A stretch of DNA of 64,000 bases from a virus, in the IMG/VR virus record IMGVR_UViG_3300044615_001997; one strand, 5' to 3'. The stretch's first letter is position 1. Each line of letters opens with the position of its first letter. Shown piece by piece: positions 1 to 8,810 of the stretch. A program made the position numbers and the translations under genes. The notes under the pieces are model-generated. The model was not told where the DNA came from. It ran no database searches and was given only the letters and a program-made list of their open reading frames with translations.

Positions 1-204
1 GAATGGAAGCGTATTACATTGATTCTCGACGGAGAAAACCAAACTCAGGAATTAGCACAAGAACTAACCGCCGAGTTTAAATACAATGGTAGGCAGGTAG
101 TGAACGTCGATCTCAGAGATTATGGTTTAACTTCTCCCGACGAAGCCACAACAGGACAACTAAACGAAATAGTCACCAAGTTATGGACACCGCTAACTCA
201 GTAG
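1..204 (+). CDS. Partial CDS, probably the C-terminal end of a DNA primase (TOPRIM)
   Basis: Frame is open from base 1 (EWKRITLILDGENQTQ...). The hydrophobic strand plus DGE resembles the TOPRIM DxD segment, and the gene lies just upstream of the helicase. Confidence 0.4.
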   Translation, partial: EWKRITLILDGENQTQELAQELTAEFKYNGRQVVNVDLRDYGLTSPDEATTGQLNEIVTKLWTPLTQ

Positions 205-728
205 AATTAGAGCAAATTAAAGCACGCTTAGAAGAAAATTATTCTTATATCAGAAGCGTCATTCAACCAGGTTATGAATATCACCCTTCACCAAAATTTG
301 ATAAAGCTTTTATTAAAGCAAGCAAGTTTTGCAAAGACAACAATTTGTCACCGGAAGAATATGCCTATGGTTTGATGTATAGTTTGGAACTCGGAAGAAA
401 AGAATGCTTTTATCCTTCCTACTTTGGGTCTGCCACAGCCAATCAAGCTGTGCTCCAATACAAGAAAGAAAAAGCTATTGCTTACGAAGACTTACTAGAA
501 CATCAAAAAGACTTATTGTATATACAGATCAATAAGTTGGGGCGTGATTACAAAGCTGTTCTAATGGATCCCAGGTTAAAATTCCATGCCTGGTTCAGGA
601 TATTGGCTACTGCCAACCCCGAACCAGACATTATCAACAAGTATAGCGATACAGCCAGAGCTGAAATGACGCCTGAATTGTTGGCTTTTTTGAAACAAAA
701 CAACCTAGATCTAGATAGAATATTATGA
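183..728 (+). CDS. Hypothetical protein (181 aa)
   Basis: ORF overlaps the helicase start (ATGA-type coupling); no recognisable motif. Confidence 0.75.
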   Translation: MDTANSVELEQIKARLEENYSYIRSVIQPGYEYHPSPKFDKAFIKASKFCKDNNLSPEEYAYGLMYSLELGRKECFYPSYFGSATANQAVLQYKKEKAIAYEDLLEHQKDLLYIQINKLGRDYKAVLMDPRLKFHAWFRILATANPEPDIINKYSDTARAEMTPELLAFLKQNNLDLDRIL

Positions 729-2125
729 ATAAAAACTTATACGAAGATTCCGATTTCATTGAATTAGTCATTAAGCATATTGTTAGAGATAACAATATCT
801 ACAATTTGGCTAAAGCTTATGACTTCGGTATGGATGATGTTGGAAGTATAGATATATACAGGGCGTTCATCAAAATTGTTTTTGATGTAGGTGAAGTGCC
901 TATCAGCATTAACTTGTTCCTGCTAAAGATCAAGGAGGCTTACTTACACGGACTACTAAATCAAACACAGGAAAATCAAATACTCCAATTTCTTTACTGG
1001 ATCTATGATGAACAACCACTCGATTCAAAATATATCGAGGAGCATATTCCTAAAATGCTGAAGCATAGAAGAATGGGAGCCATCTTAAACTCAAAGGAAA
1101 AAGATTTCGACAAGATTGCACAAAATCTCAGTTCGTTGGCTTTTCAATTTGAGTCGGCTAAAGATTCTGAAGACGACACAGTGTTTTACCCATTCCTGAA
1201 CCCAGTGTTCAAAACAAAGCAAGAAGCCTATGGAACAGGATTTATGGAAATTGACGCAGTGGCAGCAGGCCTAACACGTCAGGAATTTGGCTTGATTATT
1301 GGATATTCTGGTTCGGGTAAAACTGCTGTGGCGGTACATTCAGCACTACAAAACGCACTCAACGGAGTTAAAGTGCTCTATATATCTCTTGAGGAGTCTT
1401 CTCCCAATATCTCAAATCGTCTCTATGCAAATTATTTTAATATAAATTATAGCGACCTTCACCACGTTAGAAACGGTGCCAATGCCGAACTGCAGAGCAA
1501 AATTTCAGAAATGAAACCTGAAGAGCTTGATGTTCTGAAAAATATCAGAATTGCCCCACTAAAAGACAAGGCTCCTGTTACTGTGAGGTTTATAAAAGAT
1601 TATCTAGACAACCTATATAAAACCGAAGGTTATGCGCCTGAGCTAGTATATATAGATCAGATGGATTATCTCGAACCTTCTGAAGATTGTGATGCTTCAT
1701 GGGAAAAATACTCCAAAGTTGCTTTCGAGGTAGACGATTTATCTAACCACCTCATTGGTGGGGAGAAGCCCTTCTCGTTATGGTTACTTCATCAAGCCTC
1801 TGGAAAAATGAAACGTTACTTCACCAATGCCGACATTTCGGGGTTTAAAGGAATTATTAAACCGGCTGACTTTGTTTTGGGTATTGGTAAAGATAAACCT
1901 GAAGATGAGACTGTTTCGCTGTTCTCCTTAAAATGCCGACATTCTAAAAATTTCACTTTTGATTACTTTGCTGACTTGGCCCATATGCGTTTTGGAGCCA
2001 TGAATAAGGGAGGCGAAGCAAGAATCAAAAAAGAAAAAGAAATGTTGGGGAAATCTACGAGACGCTCACACTTCAATACACCTAAACAACAAACATTACC
2101 ATCACCCGACGGTGCTTTTGATTAA
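725..2125 (+). CDS. Replicative DnaB-like (SF4) helicase
   Basis: Walker A GYSGSGKT, YISLEES, Walker B YIDQMD, LLHQ and LKCRH arginine-finger region. Confidence 0.9.
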   Translation: MNKNLYEDSDFIELVIKHIVRDNNIYNLAKAYDFGMDDVGSIDIYRAFIKIVFDVGEVPISINLFLLKIKEAYLHGLLNQTQENQILQFLYWIYDEQPLDSKYIEEHIPKMLKHRRMGAILNSKEKDFDKIAQNLSSLAFQFESAKDSEDDTVFYPFLNPVFKTKQEAYGTGFMEIDAVAAGLTRQEFGLIIGYSGSGKTAVAVHSALQNALNGVKVLYISLEESSPNISNRLYANYFNINYSDLHHVRNGANAELQSKISEMKPEELDVLKNIRIAPLKDKAPVTVRFIKDYLDNLYKTEGYAPELVYIDQMDYLEPSEDCDASWEKYSKVAFEVDDLSNHLIGGEKPFSLWLLHQASGKMKRYFTNADISGFKGIIKPADFVLGIGKDKPEDETVSLFSLKCRHSKNFTFDYFADLAHMRFGAMNKGGEARIKKEKEMLGKSTRRSHFNTPKQQTLPSPDGAFD

Positions 2126-2676
2126 TGCTATTTACTGACGACATACATTACTGTGCTAGCTACGTTCCAGAAAATTTTGAGTTTGTTGTTTTGGGTACCA
2201 CCCAAATACTCAGAGATATTCCAGAGCTAGCTTATCCTGTGGTAAAAGAAACTATCATTGGAGATAATAAATTCATATCACGTAGTTATGATGACGTTTA
2301 TTTAATACCCATAGCCTCTAGGTTGGAATACACCAAAGAGGCTATGGAAATCCCCCTAGAACTTAAATATGACGAATACAAGAAGCTCAAAGAGATAGAT
2401 TTAAAAGATTTTAAATTAGACGATGAGACTGAAACGTTATTAGTAAGATACCCGCTTTCATTCACTCCGGACGTTGATAAAGAAATAAAGCTTAAACTGC
2501 ACGAAGGCAAGTTATATAAACGAATTAAATTATCCGAAGATGGAACTATAATGAGCGATGATTGGGAATTAATACATCCCAACCACCCATTCATAAACTC
2601 ATTCATGAATGACATGGTGGAGGATATATTAAAAGAATTATCGCTCGGAGAACCACAAGACGAAAATGAATACTAA
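2125..2676 (+). CDS. Hypothetical protein (183 aa)
   Basis: Coupled ORF in the replication operon; acidic. Confidence 0.7.
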   Translation: MLFTDDIHYCASYVPENFEFVVLGTTQILRDIPELAYPVVKETIIGDNKFISRSYDDVYLIPIASRLEYTKEAMEIPLELKYDEYKKLKEIDLKDFKLDDETETLLVRYPLSFTPDVDKEIKLKLHEGKLYKRIKLSEDGTIMSDDWELIHPNHPFINSFMNDMVEDILKELSLGEPQDENEY

Positions 2677-3100
2677 AGAACAAACATTTACAATTAAACA
2701 ATTTGACACCTGCTCGAAGAGCTTTCCTACCGTTAAATTTGAAATGCCTGAATCTTCATCATTAGATGATGTCATCGAAGCATTTGAAGCATTCTTAATA
2801 GGTGTGACTTTCGAGCTGCCTAAAGGAGCCAGGCTAGGATTGGTATACGATGAGGAAACAGAAAGACAGAAGTTGGAAGAAAAATATGGTAAAGACGAAG
2901 ATAAAATTGACTCTGGAAAAGAATATCAAACATTAGCAGGAACTACACCTGATGGTGGAGGTTGGTCGATTTCTCATCCTGTGTGGTCGGAGTCTTTTAC
3001 TTATCCAACAACTCAAACACTCACCACTTCTACTCCAATAACACCAGCACCGGCAAAGACCGCTAAAAAAAAGAAGAGTAAAAAGAAGAAAAATAAATGA
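2666..3100 (+). CDS. Hypothetical protein with Lys-rich tail (144 aa)
   Basis: Coupled ORF with a Thr/Pro linker and KKKKSKKKKNK end. Confidence 0.7.
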   Translation: MNTKEQTFTIKQFDTCSKSFPTVKFEMPESSSLDDVIEAFEAFLIGVTFELPKGARLGLVYDEETERQKLEEKYGKDEDKIDSGKEYQTLAGTTPDGGGWSISHPVWSESFTYPTTQTLTTSTPITPAPAKTAKKKKSKKKKNK

Positions 3101-6100
3101 AAGCTAAATTAGCTATAGGACGTCGACTCACGGCGAGTGAAGATATTTTAAAATGCGAGATAGCTGAACTTCGCCATGAAACTGCAAAAAAACTTGGTTT
3201 GAAGGATCAGCATGGTCTGACTGGTTCAGATGAGTCTAGACTCGAGAAACATAAAGTTGGTGTTGGTGGAGAAATAGCTGCAGCTGCTTGTTTAAAAATT
3301 GAAAATTTTATTCCTGGCGAAGGAGGGTTCAAGAGAATTCCAGATATAAATCTTGTTTGGCGTGACGGTAAGTATGTTTATGACCCAAAACAAGACCACG
3401 GAGGTTTAGAAATCGAAGTCAGGACTTCTACCACACACGACGGAGCTCTTATTATAAGAGATAGCGATAGGAAATATGGAACTTCTAGACCCTTTATTCT
3501 CGAGACTTTTGAAAATGGTCAATATGTTATGCGGGGTTGGATTCCAGAAGGAAGGTTAGCTTTTCAAGATAAATATTATACAGACAACAACAATAATCGT
3601 ACTAAGGCATATTTTATGCCTCAAGAAGATTTATACCCCCTTGAATCGTTATATGAATTAGTAGGAATAAACGTTGAGGATGTATTATCTACACCAGGTA
3701 TAACAACCGGAGATACTGAAATAAAAGAAAAAGTACGTGTAGCTCCTCGTGGTAAGCGTGGAGCAAAGTACATGCTTATCTATTCGCATCCCGGCAAGGA
3801 CGATCTGCAATCTAAGATGTTTGGTTATGCTGGTTACGCTGCCGAAGAAACTATCGCAGCGTTAAAGTCTGTGGGAATTGACCCACAAGAATGTTATTTC
3901 ACTGGAATGGTTAAGGAGGGTATTGGTAACAAGCCCAAGCCCACAGCAGAGCAAATTGAAAAATGGGCGGCTGAACTTGACCAGGAGATAGAGATAATTA
4001 AACCTAAAATAATCATCAGCTTGGGTGCCGAAGTATTTAAGCGGGTGATGAAAACAAATATCAAGGTAGGAGACTACATTGGAGAAATTATAGATTCTCC
4101 GTATGGAAAGCTTCTAGCTAATTATTCTCCTGCTATGGTGGTTGTTCAAGACCCAACCAAACGACCCGAATTCCAAGATATATTTGAATTGGCTAAAAAA
4201 GCCGTAGAGAATAACTTGGAATACGACAAATATACTTACAAGGTAATTTCAGATCCTGCTGAAAATATAGCGGTATTGCAGAGTTACATCGACAGAGGTA
4301 TGTTTAGTATTGGTTATGACGCTGAGTGGTTCGGGGCTAAATTCACCGATGATGAGGTGATGTACGAATTTCAATATAGCTGCGAAAAAGACGTAGCCAT
4401 TATATTGAATATATCTCCTGATGGTAAAACAGAAAATCGTGAGCTGCTCAACACAATGAAGCTCATACTGGAGCATCCCAAAGCTGATAGGCTAGGATGG
4501 AACATCAGGGCTGATGACATTAGACTGGTTTATCGTGGGTTTAATCTCGCAGATGAAACTTTGGGGTTTGATGGAATGAAAGCTGTGGCTTTCTATGACT
4601 CTAGACTCGGTAAGGGATTAGAAACTGGGATTAAAAAATTTACAAATTATCCACCATATTATGTCCCATTTAATCGCAAGATGAAGGAGCATAAGCTGGC
4701 TAAAAATGAATTGGCAAAACTCAAGTTTTTTGAACCCGATGTTTATTATAATTATTGTGCTGGTGACGCCGTGGCTCATCGTGAAGCATGTTTAAATATG
4801 CGTGACGGGTTTCCACAGGAAGTCTGGCCATATTATAAAAACGTATACTTACCATTGACTAATTACTTCTTGGATATGGAGCTTACCGGTATTCCAATAG
4901 ATATGGATGTGTTGGAAGATATCACTGGAAAGTATATGTCTAAGTATGAAGAAATTAAGCTGGAGTTGGGGAATTTTCTAGAACAGAGCTATGGAATAAA
5001 GGAATTTAATCCTAACTCAGCTCTACAGAAAAAAGAGTTCTTGTTTAAAACTTTAGGGTTGAATCCTGCTTATTATACAAAAGCAGGTAAATCACCTAAG
5101 TCTAGGACATGGTGGGAGAGACAAAAGCCACAAACTCAAAAGTTATTCTCTCCTTCCACCAACGGTAAATCTCTATCCACAATTAAATTTGAATTGGAGG
5201 AAGAGATGGCTAAAAACAATTCCCAAGATCTAAAAAACGCACATCAGGCAATTAGTTTATTGTTAAACTTGAACAGAGTTAGTGTTTTTGCCAATAAGTT
5301 CTTGTCCAAGAAAGGTATAGTTGTGACTGAGGATGATGACGATGAACCACTGAAACAGAGTTATTGGGCGGCTATTTCTAAGGATGGGAGAATACATCCC
5401 AGCTTTTTTGAGTTGCTTAAAAACTTCAGATCTTCGAGTTCACCAAACGTACAGAATCCAGCTTCCAAGGTGTTGACTTACATTCCGGATATTTTTATCC
5501 CGGGATATAACAAACTAACTAAGGAGGAGCAATCACAACATGACTCCAAACTACCGGCAAACTTACGCAATATATTCTATCCAGGACATAAAGATTTTAA
5601 CTGGGTAGAGTTGGACATTGCTGGTGCTGACCTGGCTATTATGGCCTTCTTGAGTCAAGATCCTAACTTTATTGGTGACATTCGAGCAGGAAACTTCCAC
5701 CAGACTAAAATGAGGGAATACTTCCAGGATGAAACATTGAGCAAAAAGGACACGGCAAAGTATGTTATATCGAAAGGTATTACTTTCCGAGTATCGTATA
5801 CTGCAGGTCTTGATTTTGCTGCGATACCTATTCAGGCAGACATCTATGCTGAAAATGGACTACACGTTCCATTGCAGCTAATTGAGTTTGCGTTGGAAAC
5901 TTGGAAGCGTTATGAAACCTATATGCGCTATAGACAGCTCTGCAACCTTGAAGTACAAGAAAATAAAAGTATAACTTGTGCCAGAGGAATGCGACTCAAC
6001 TTTGAAGAAACAGATAATTTTGGAATTCTTGCCGGATGGATGAATGAAAGTTTAGCCTTTCCGGTAGCCTCAGAATTAGCTCTCTTCATGTGGGAAGCGT

Positions 6101-6390
6101 CTGTTAATGTAAGAAACTTGTTGAAACGCGAAGGCTTATGGATGCGCTGGATTTACCCTGTGAATGTGGTGCATGATGCCAATTACTGGATAGCTCACAA
6201 AGACTTGCTCAAGGGCAATTATCTTCCTGAGCTACTGAGAACAGTGTTTTGTAAAAGCACAAAAATTGCCACCGGCGATAACTTAGGCTGTGAATTAGTC
6301 GTGAGTGATCGTTGGAAAGGCAAAGAAAAAATATTCGAAAAAGAAACCGTTTGGAATAACGAACTTAATGAATGGGTTTGGAGTTCTTAA
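3097..6390 (+). CDS. Family A DNA polymerase with N-terminal PD-(D/E)XK-like domain, degenerate UDG domain and 3'-5' exonuclease
   Basis: ExoI YDAE, ExoII WNIRAD, ExoIII YCAGD; GRIHP..SSSPNVQN; motif A LDIAGADL; motif B SKGITFRVSY; motif C VVHDA; UDG-like IKPKIIISLG. Confidence 0.9.
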   Translation: MKAKLAIGRRLTASEDILKCEIAELRHETAKKLGLKDQHGLTGSDESRLEKHKVGVGGEIAAAACLKIENFIPGEGGFKRIPDINLVWRDGKYVYDPKQDHGGLEIEVRTSTTHDGALIIRDSDRKYGTSRPFILETFENGQYVMRGWIPEGRLAFQDKYYTDNNNNRTKAYFMPQEDLYPLESLYELVGINVEDVLSTPGITTGDTEIKEKVRVAPRGKRGAKYMLIYSHPGKDDLQSKMFGYAGYAAEETIAALKSVGIDPQECYFTGMVKEGIGNKPKPTAEQIEKWAAELDQEIEIIKPKIIISLGAEVFKRVMKTNIKVGDYIGEIIDSPYGKLLANYSPAMVVVQDPTKRPEFQDIFELAKKAVENNLEYDKYTYKVISDPAENIAVLQSYIDRGMFSIGYDAEWFGAKFTDDEVMYEFQYSCEKDVAIILNISPDGKTENRELLNTMKLILEHPKADRLGWNIRADDIRLVYRGFNLADETLGFDGMKAVAFYDSRLGKGLETGIKKFTNYPPYYVPFNRKMKEHKLAKNELAKLKFFEPDVYYNYCAGDAVAHREACLNMRDGFPQEVWPYYKNVYLPLTNYFLDMELTGIPIDMDVLEDITGKYMSKYEEIKLELGNFLEQSYGIKEFNPNSALQKKEFLFKTLGLNPAYYTKAGKSPKSRTWWERQKPQTQKLFSPSTNGKSLSTIKFELEEEMAKNNSQDLKNAHQAISLLLNLNRVSVFANKFLSKKGIVVTEDDDDEPLKQSYWAAISKDGRIHPSFFELLKNFRSSSSPNVQNPASKVLTYIPDIFIPGYNKLTKEEQSQHDSKLPANLRNIFYPGHKDFNWVELDIAGADLAIMAFLSQDPNFIGDIRAGNFHQTKMREYFQDETLSKKDTAKYVISKGITFRVSYTAGLDFAAIPIQADIYAENGLHVPLQLIEFALETWKRYETYMRYRQLCNLEVQENKSITCARGMRLNFEETDNFGILAGWMNESLAFPVASELALFMWEASVNVRNLLKREGLWMRWIYPVNVVHDANYWIAHKDLLKGNYLPELLRTVFCKSTKIATGDNLGCELVVSDRWKGKEKIFEKETVWNNELNEWVWSS

Positions 6391-6669
6391 ATGTATAAAA
6401 AACACACACTATACACCTTTCAAAGCAACGAACCATGTCCACACTGTAATTCGACAAAAATTTTGAGCTTTGAAATCGAAGAAAACTTAAAAGAAATACA
6501 TGTTGCTCGTTGCCAAGATTGCGGTATCGAAGATGTTGCGATATATGATCTCAGTAACGAGTACATGTACACAGACTATGGTGACACATACCACGAACCT
6601 GGCTATACCAGGGTTAAACAAATTAAGCGGCCTAGAAAGCTTGAATCTGTCCGACAACAGGAAGACTAA
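6391..6669 (+). CDS. Small zinc-ribbon protein
   Basis: CPHC...CQDC; starts immediately after the polymerase stop. Confidence 0.6.
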   Translation: MYKKHTLYTFQSNEPCPHCNSTKILSFEIEENLKEIHVARCQDCGIEDVAIYDLSNEYMYTDYGDTYHEPGYTRVKQIKRPRKLESVRQQED

Positions 6670-7378
6670 GTTTTTCTCCGGTCATAAAAACACATTTGGA
6701 CTGCGGACAGGTTTACCTAAATATGGTGGAACCTGTCCCAGTGCAACCTTTGGCGAAGGCGGATGTCTATGTGGTAGGGGAGCTAAAGGCGAACCTACTT
6801 GCTATGCTGCCAAGCTGCGTAGAATATACCCTAATTATGGTAAAACCGAAGACTATAATACGGATCTACTTCTAAACGCCTCGTACGAGGATATGGTGGT
6901 CATTATTAGAAATACTGTTATGAAATGGCTCCTTAATGGTGGTCATAAAAAGCAGTACTTCCGCCTACATATGGGTGGAGATTTCTTTAATGAAACCTAT
7001 ACTCGTGCCTGGAAGCATGTCATTGACGAATGGCCCCTGGTTAAGTTTTGGACTTACACCAGATCCATGTTCGCTCTACCTATTTTGGCAGATTGTAAAA
7101 ACCTGTCATTATATCTGAGCTGCGATCCTGCCAATGCCGAAGAAGTTCGTAAGGCCTACGAACCATATAAAAGCTACAGTAATGTAGCCGTTGCTTGGAT
7201 GGGGAATAGCTTTCCTGAAGCTGTTCTCAACGACAGGAAATATTTAAAATGTCCTGAAGTAGCCAAGAAGCTAAAAAGTACTAAAGTCGAAGGTGCATGC
7301 TCTAGGTGTAGAGCGTGCATTGACAGACCGTTGAAAGATGGTAAATTGAGGCATATTCAATTTCCTATCCATAAATGA
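6578..7378 (+). CDS. Gp88-like Cys-rich (putative Fe-S, radical-SAM-like) protein
   Basis: TCP..C.C...CYA, FRLHMGGDFF, WTYTRS, and C-terminal CP...CSRCRAC match the phage GP88 family pattern from memory. Start set at ATG 6578. Confidence 0.7.
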   Translation: MVTHTTNLAIPGLNKLSGLESLNLSDNRKTKFFSGHKNTFGLRTGLPKYGGTCPSATFGEGGCLCGRGAKGEPTCYAAKLRRIYPNYGKTEDYNTDLLLNASYEDMVVIIRNTVMKWLLNGGHKKQYFRLHMGGDFFNETYTRAWKHVIDEWPLVKFWTYTRSMFALPILADCKNLSLYLSCDPANAEEVRKAYEPYKSYSNVAVAWMGNSFPEAVLNDRKYLKCPEVAKKLKSTKVEGACSRCRACIDRPLKDGKLRHIQFPIHK

Positions 7379-7779
7379 ACGTGAATATTCATCAATACAA
7401 CACTCCTCTTCTAGAGCTAGATAACAATACGGAAGTTGAAAAACTTTTGTTACCTAGCCTAGAATACGCCATGACGATAGCTTATCCACTACACAAACCC
7501 GAAACATTCAGAGTTATATCTGGGTCTAGCGGCGTTAGAAAAAGTGAGTTAGGAAAAATAATCATGGATGTATATAAGCAGATCTATAGAGAAGAAGTCG
7601 AAGACTCGGGTCCTCCGATGTATCATCCGACAGAGCCCAGACGAATAGAGTCTAGTGGACGTCATGGTATCTGGGGGCATGACCTAGAAGATCTCTGGTT
7701 GAGCTGGGTTGAAATAGATAATAACTTAAACAAAATAACACCTATTGTTACTACAAAAATAAAAACTTATGAACATTGA
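7375..7779 (+). CDS. Hypothetical protein (134 aa)
   Basis: Coupled ORF containing YPL...GIWGHDLEDL. Confidence 0.7.
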   Translation: MNVNIHQYNTPLLELDNNTEVEKLLLPSLEYAMTIAYPLHKPETFRVISGSSGVRKSELGKIIMDVYKQIYREEVEDSGPPMYHPTEPRRIESSGRHGIWGHDLEDLWLSWVEIDNNLNKITPIVTTKIKTYEH

Positions 7780-8467
7780 TACAAATAAAATTAGAAGTAC
7801 TTATTTTAAGGGAAAGAAAGCCTACTTTGTGAGCGATATTGCTGCACAGTTGGGAGAACGTCCTGTAAATCGACTTACAAAAAATAAAGCTATCTTCAAA
7901 GCTAGGGTTAAGGACGAAGGTAATAGTCAAAATCGTCGTCTGGTATTCCATAAAGATCTACAAAATCTTTCTATGGAAAATATTGAAAAGGGAACAGAGA
8001 AACTTTCTATGTTTACACGCATTAAAAAATACTATCAAAAAAATAAAGAAAACTTCAAAGGCGCTGAAAAAAAGCAGACTCCTGTTTTAGTAGATATTTC
8101 ACTAGATAAAATTCGCAAAACCTCTATTTCTTTGGAAAAAGAGCGCAATAATATGATGAAAGATCGTATTAAGCAGCTCTGTCAGAATGAGGGTAAGCGT
8201 ACAGTCGCCGCCAAGAAAAAAGCTGGCGAGACTGTAGATGCTGAGCGTATGGAATATCGTGAGCCGTACCTAGTCATGTATTCGGCATTTGATCGCTATA
8301 TGCGTATCGAGCTTAACAAGCTTAACATGACTTTGGAAGACATCGGTTTGGGTCGTGCCCGTAACGAGGGCAAGAAACCCTATATCGACAGAATTGCTGA
8401 AGCAGGTCAGCTCCATAACTTGCTCGTCGTGGCTGAGGCGTTATTTCAGCCAAAAATCAACAACTAA
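7769..8467 (+). CDS. Basic hypothetical protein, possibly DNA-binding (232 aa)
   Basis: Lys/Arg-rich; N-terminal AYFVSDIAAQLG is Bro-N/HTH-like. Confidence 0.65.
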   Translation: MNIDTNKIRSTYFKGKKAYFVSDIAAQLGERPVNRLTKNKAIFKARVKDEGNSQNRRLVFHKDLQNLSMENIEKGTEKLSMFTRIKKYYQKNKENFKGAEKKQTPVLVDISLDKIRKTSISLEKERNNMMKDRIKQLCQNEGKRTVAAKKKAGETVDAERMEYREPYLVMYSAFDRYMRIELNKLNMTLEDIGLGRARNEGKKPYIDRIAEAGQLHNLLVVAEALFQPKINN

Positions 8468-8479
8468 CACATACCATAT

Positions 8480-8737
8480 ATGGACAGAAAATACACAATC
8501 AAAATCTCGGATAACACCGGACATACAGAGCTCTTGGAGCAAACGACAAAACAAACCGTTGATGCTGTGATGGAGAAAGTTTCGAGCCATGCCCACTGGG
8601 TCTGGATCGATGGTCAACTGTTCGAGTTCGAGCAGGGAGATATCAACTCCAAAGCCAACGCCGATAAATTGGCTGCTCGTCTCGAAACTGCCAATGACCC
8701 CACAGTGGTCTTGTCAGGTACCCTCATCGGGGGTTAA
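8480..8737 (+). CDS. Ubiquitin-like (ThiS/MoaD/Urm1-type beta-grasp) protein with C-terminal di-glycine
   Basis: 85 aa; pattern YTIKIS / HTELLE / helix / WVWIDG / TVVLSGTLIGG-stop; JAB and E1 genes lie downstream. Confidence 0.7.
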   Translation: MDRKYTIKISDNTGHTELLEQTTKQTVDAVMEKVSSHAHWVWIDGQLFEFEQGDINSKANADKLAARLETANDPTVVLSGTLIGG

Positions 8738-8760
8738 TCGAGTCTAGAAGACTTAATCAA

Positions 8761-8794
8761 GAAGGGGGAGCTTCGGCTCCCCCTTCTATTTATT
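8761..8794 (+). terminator. Intrinsic terminator after the Ubl gene
   Basis: 11-bp stem GAAGGGGGAGC/GCTCCCCCTTC, cUUCGg tetraloop, TATTTATT tail. Confidence 0.8.
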
Positions 8795-8810
8795 GCTAAC
8801 CCATACACTT

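Noticed and set aside
3097-6390. Intein or group I intron in the polymerase (also checked helicase and RecA)
   Set aside because: No C...HN-C/S/T splice motifs, LAGLIDADG or frame interruption.
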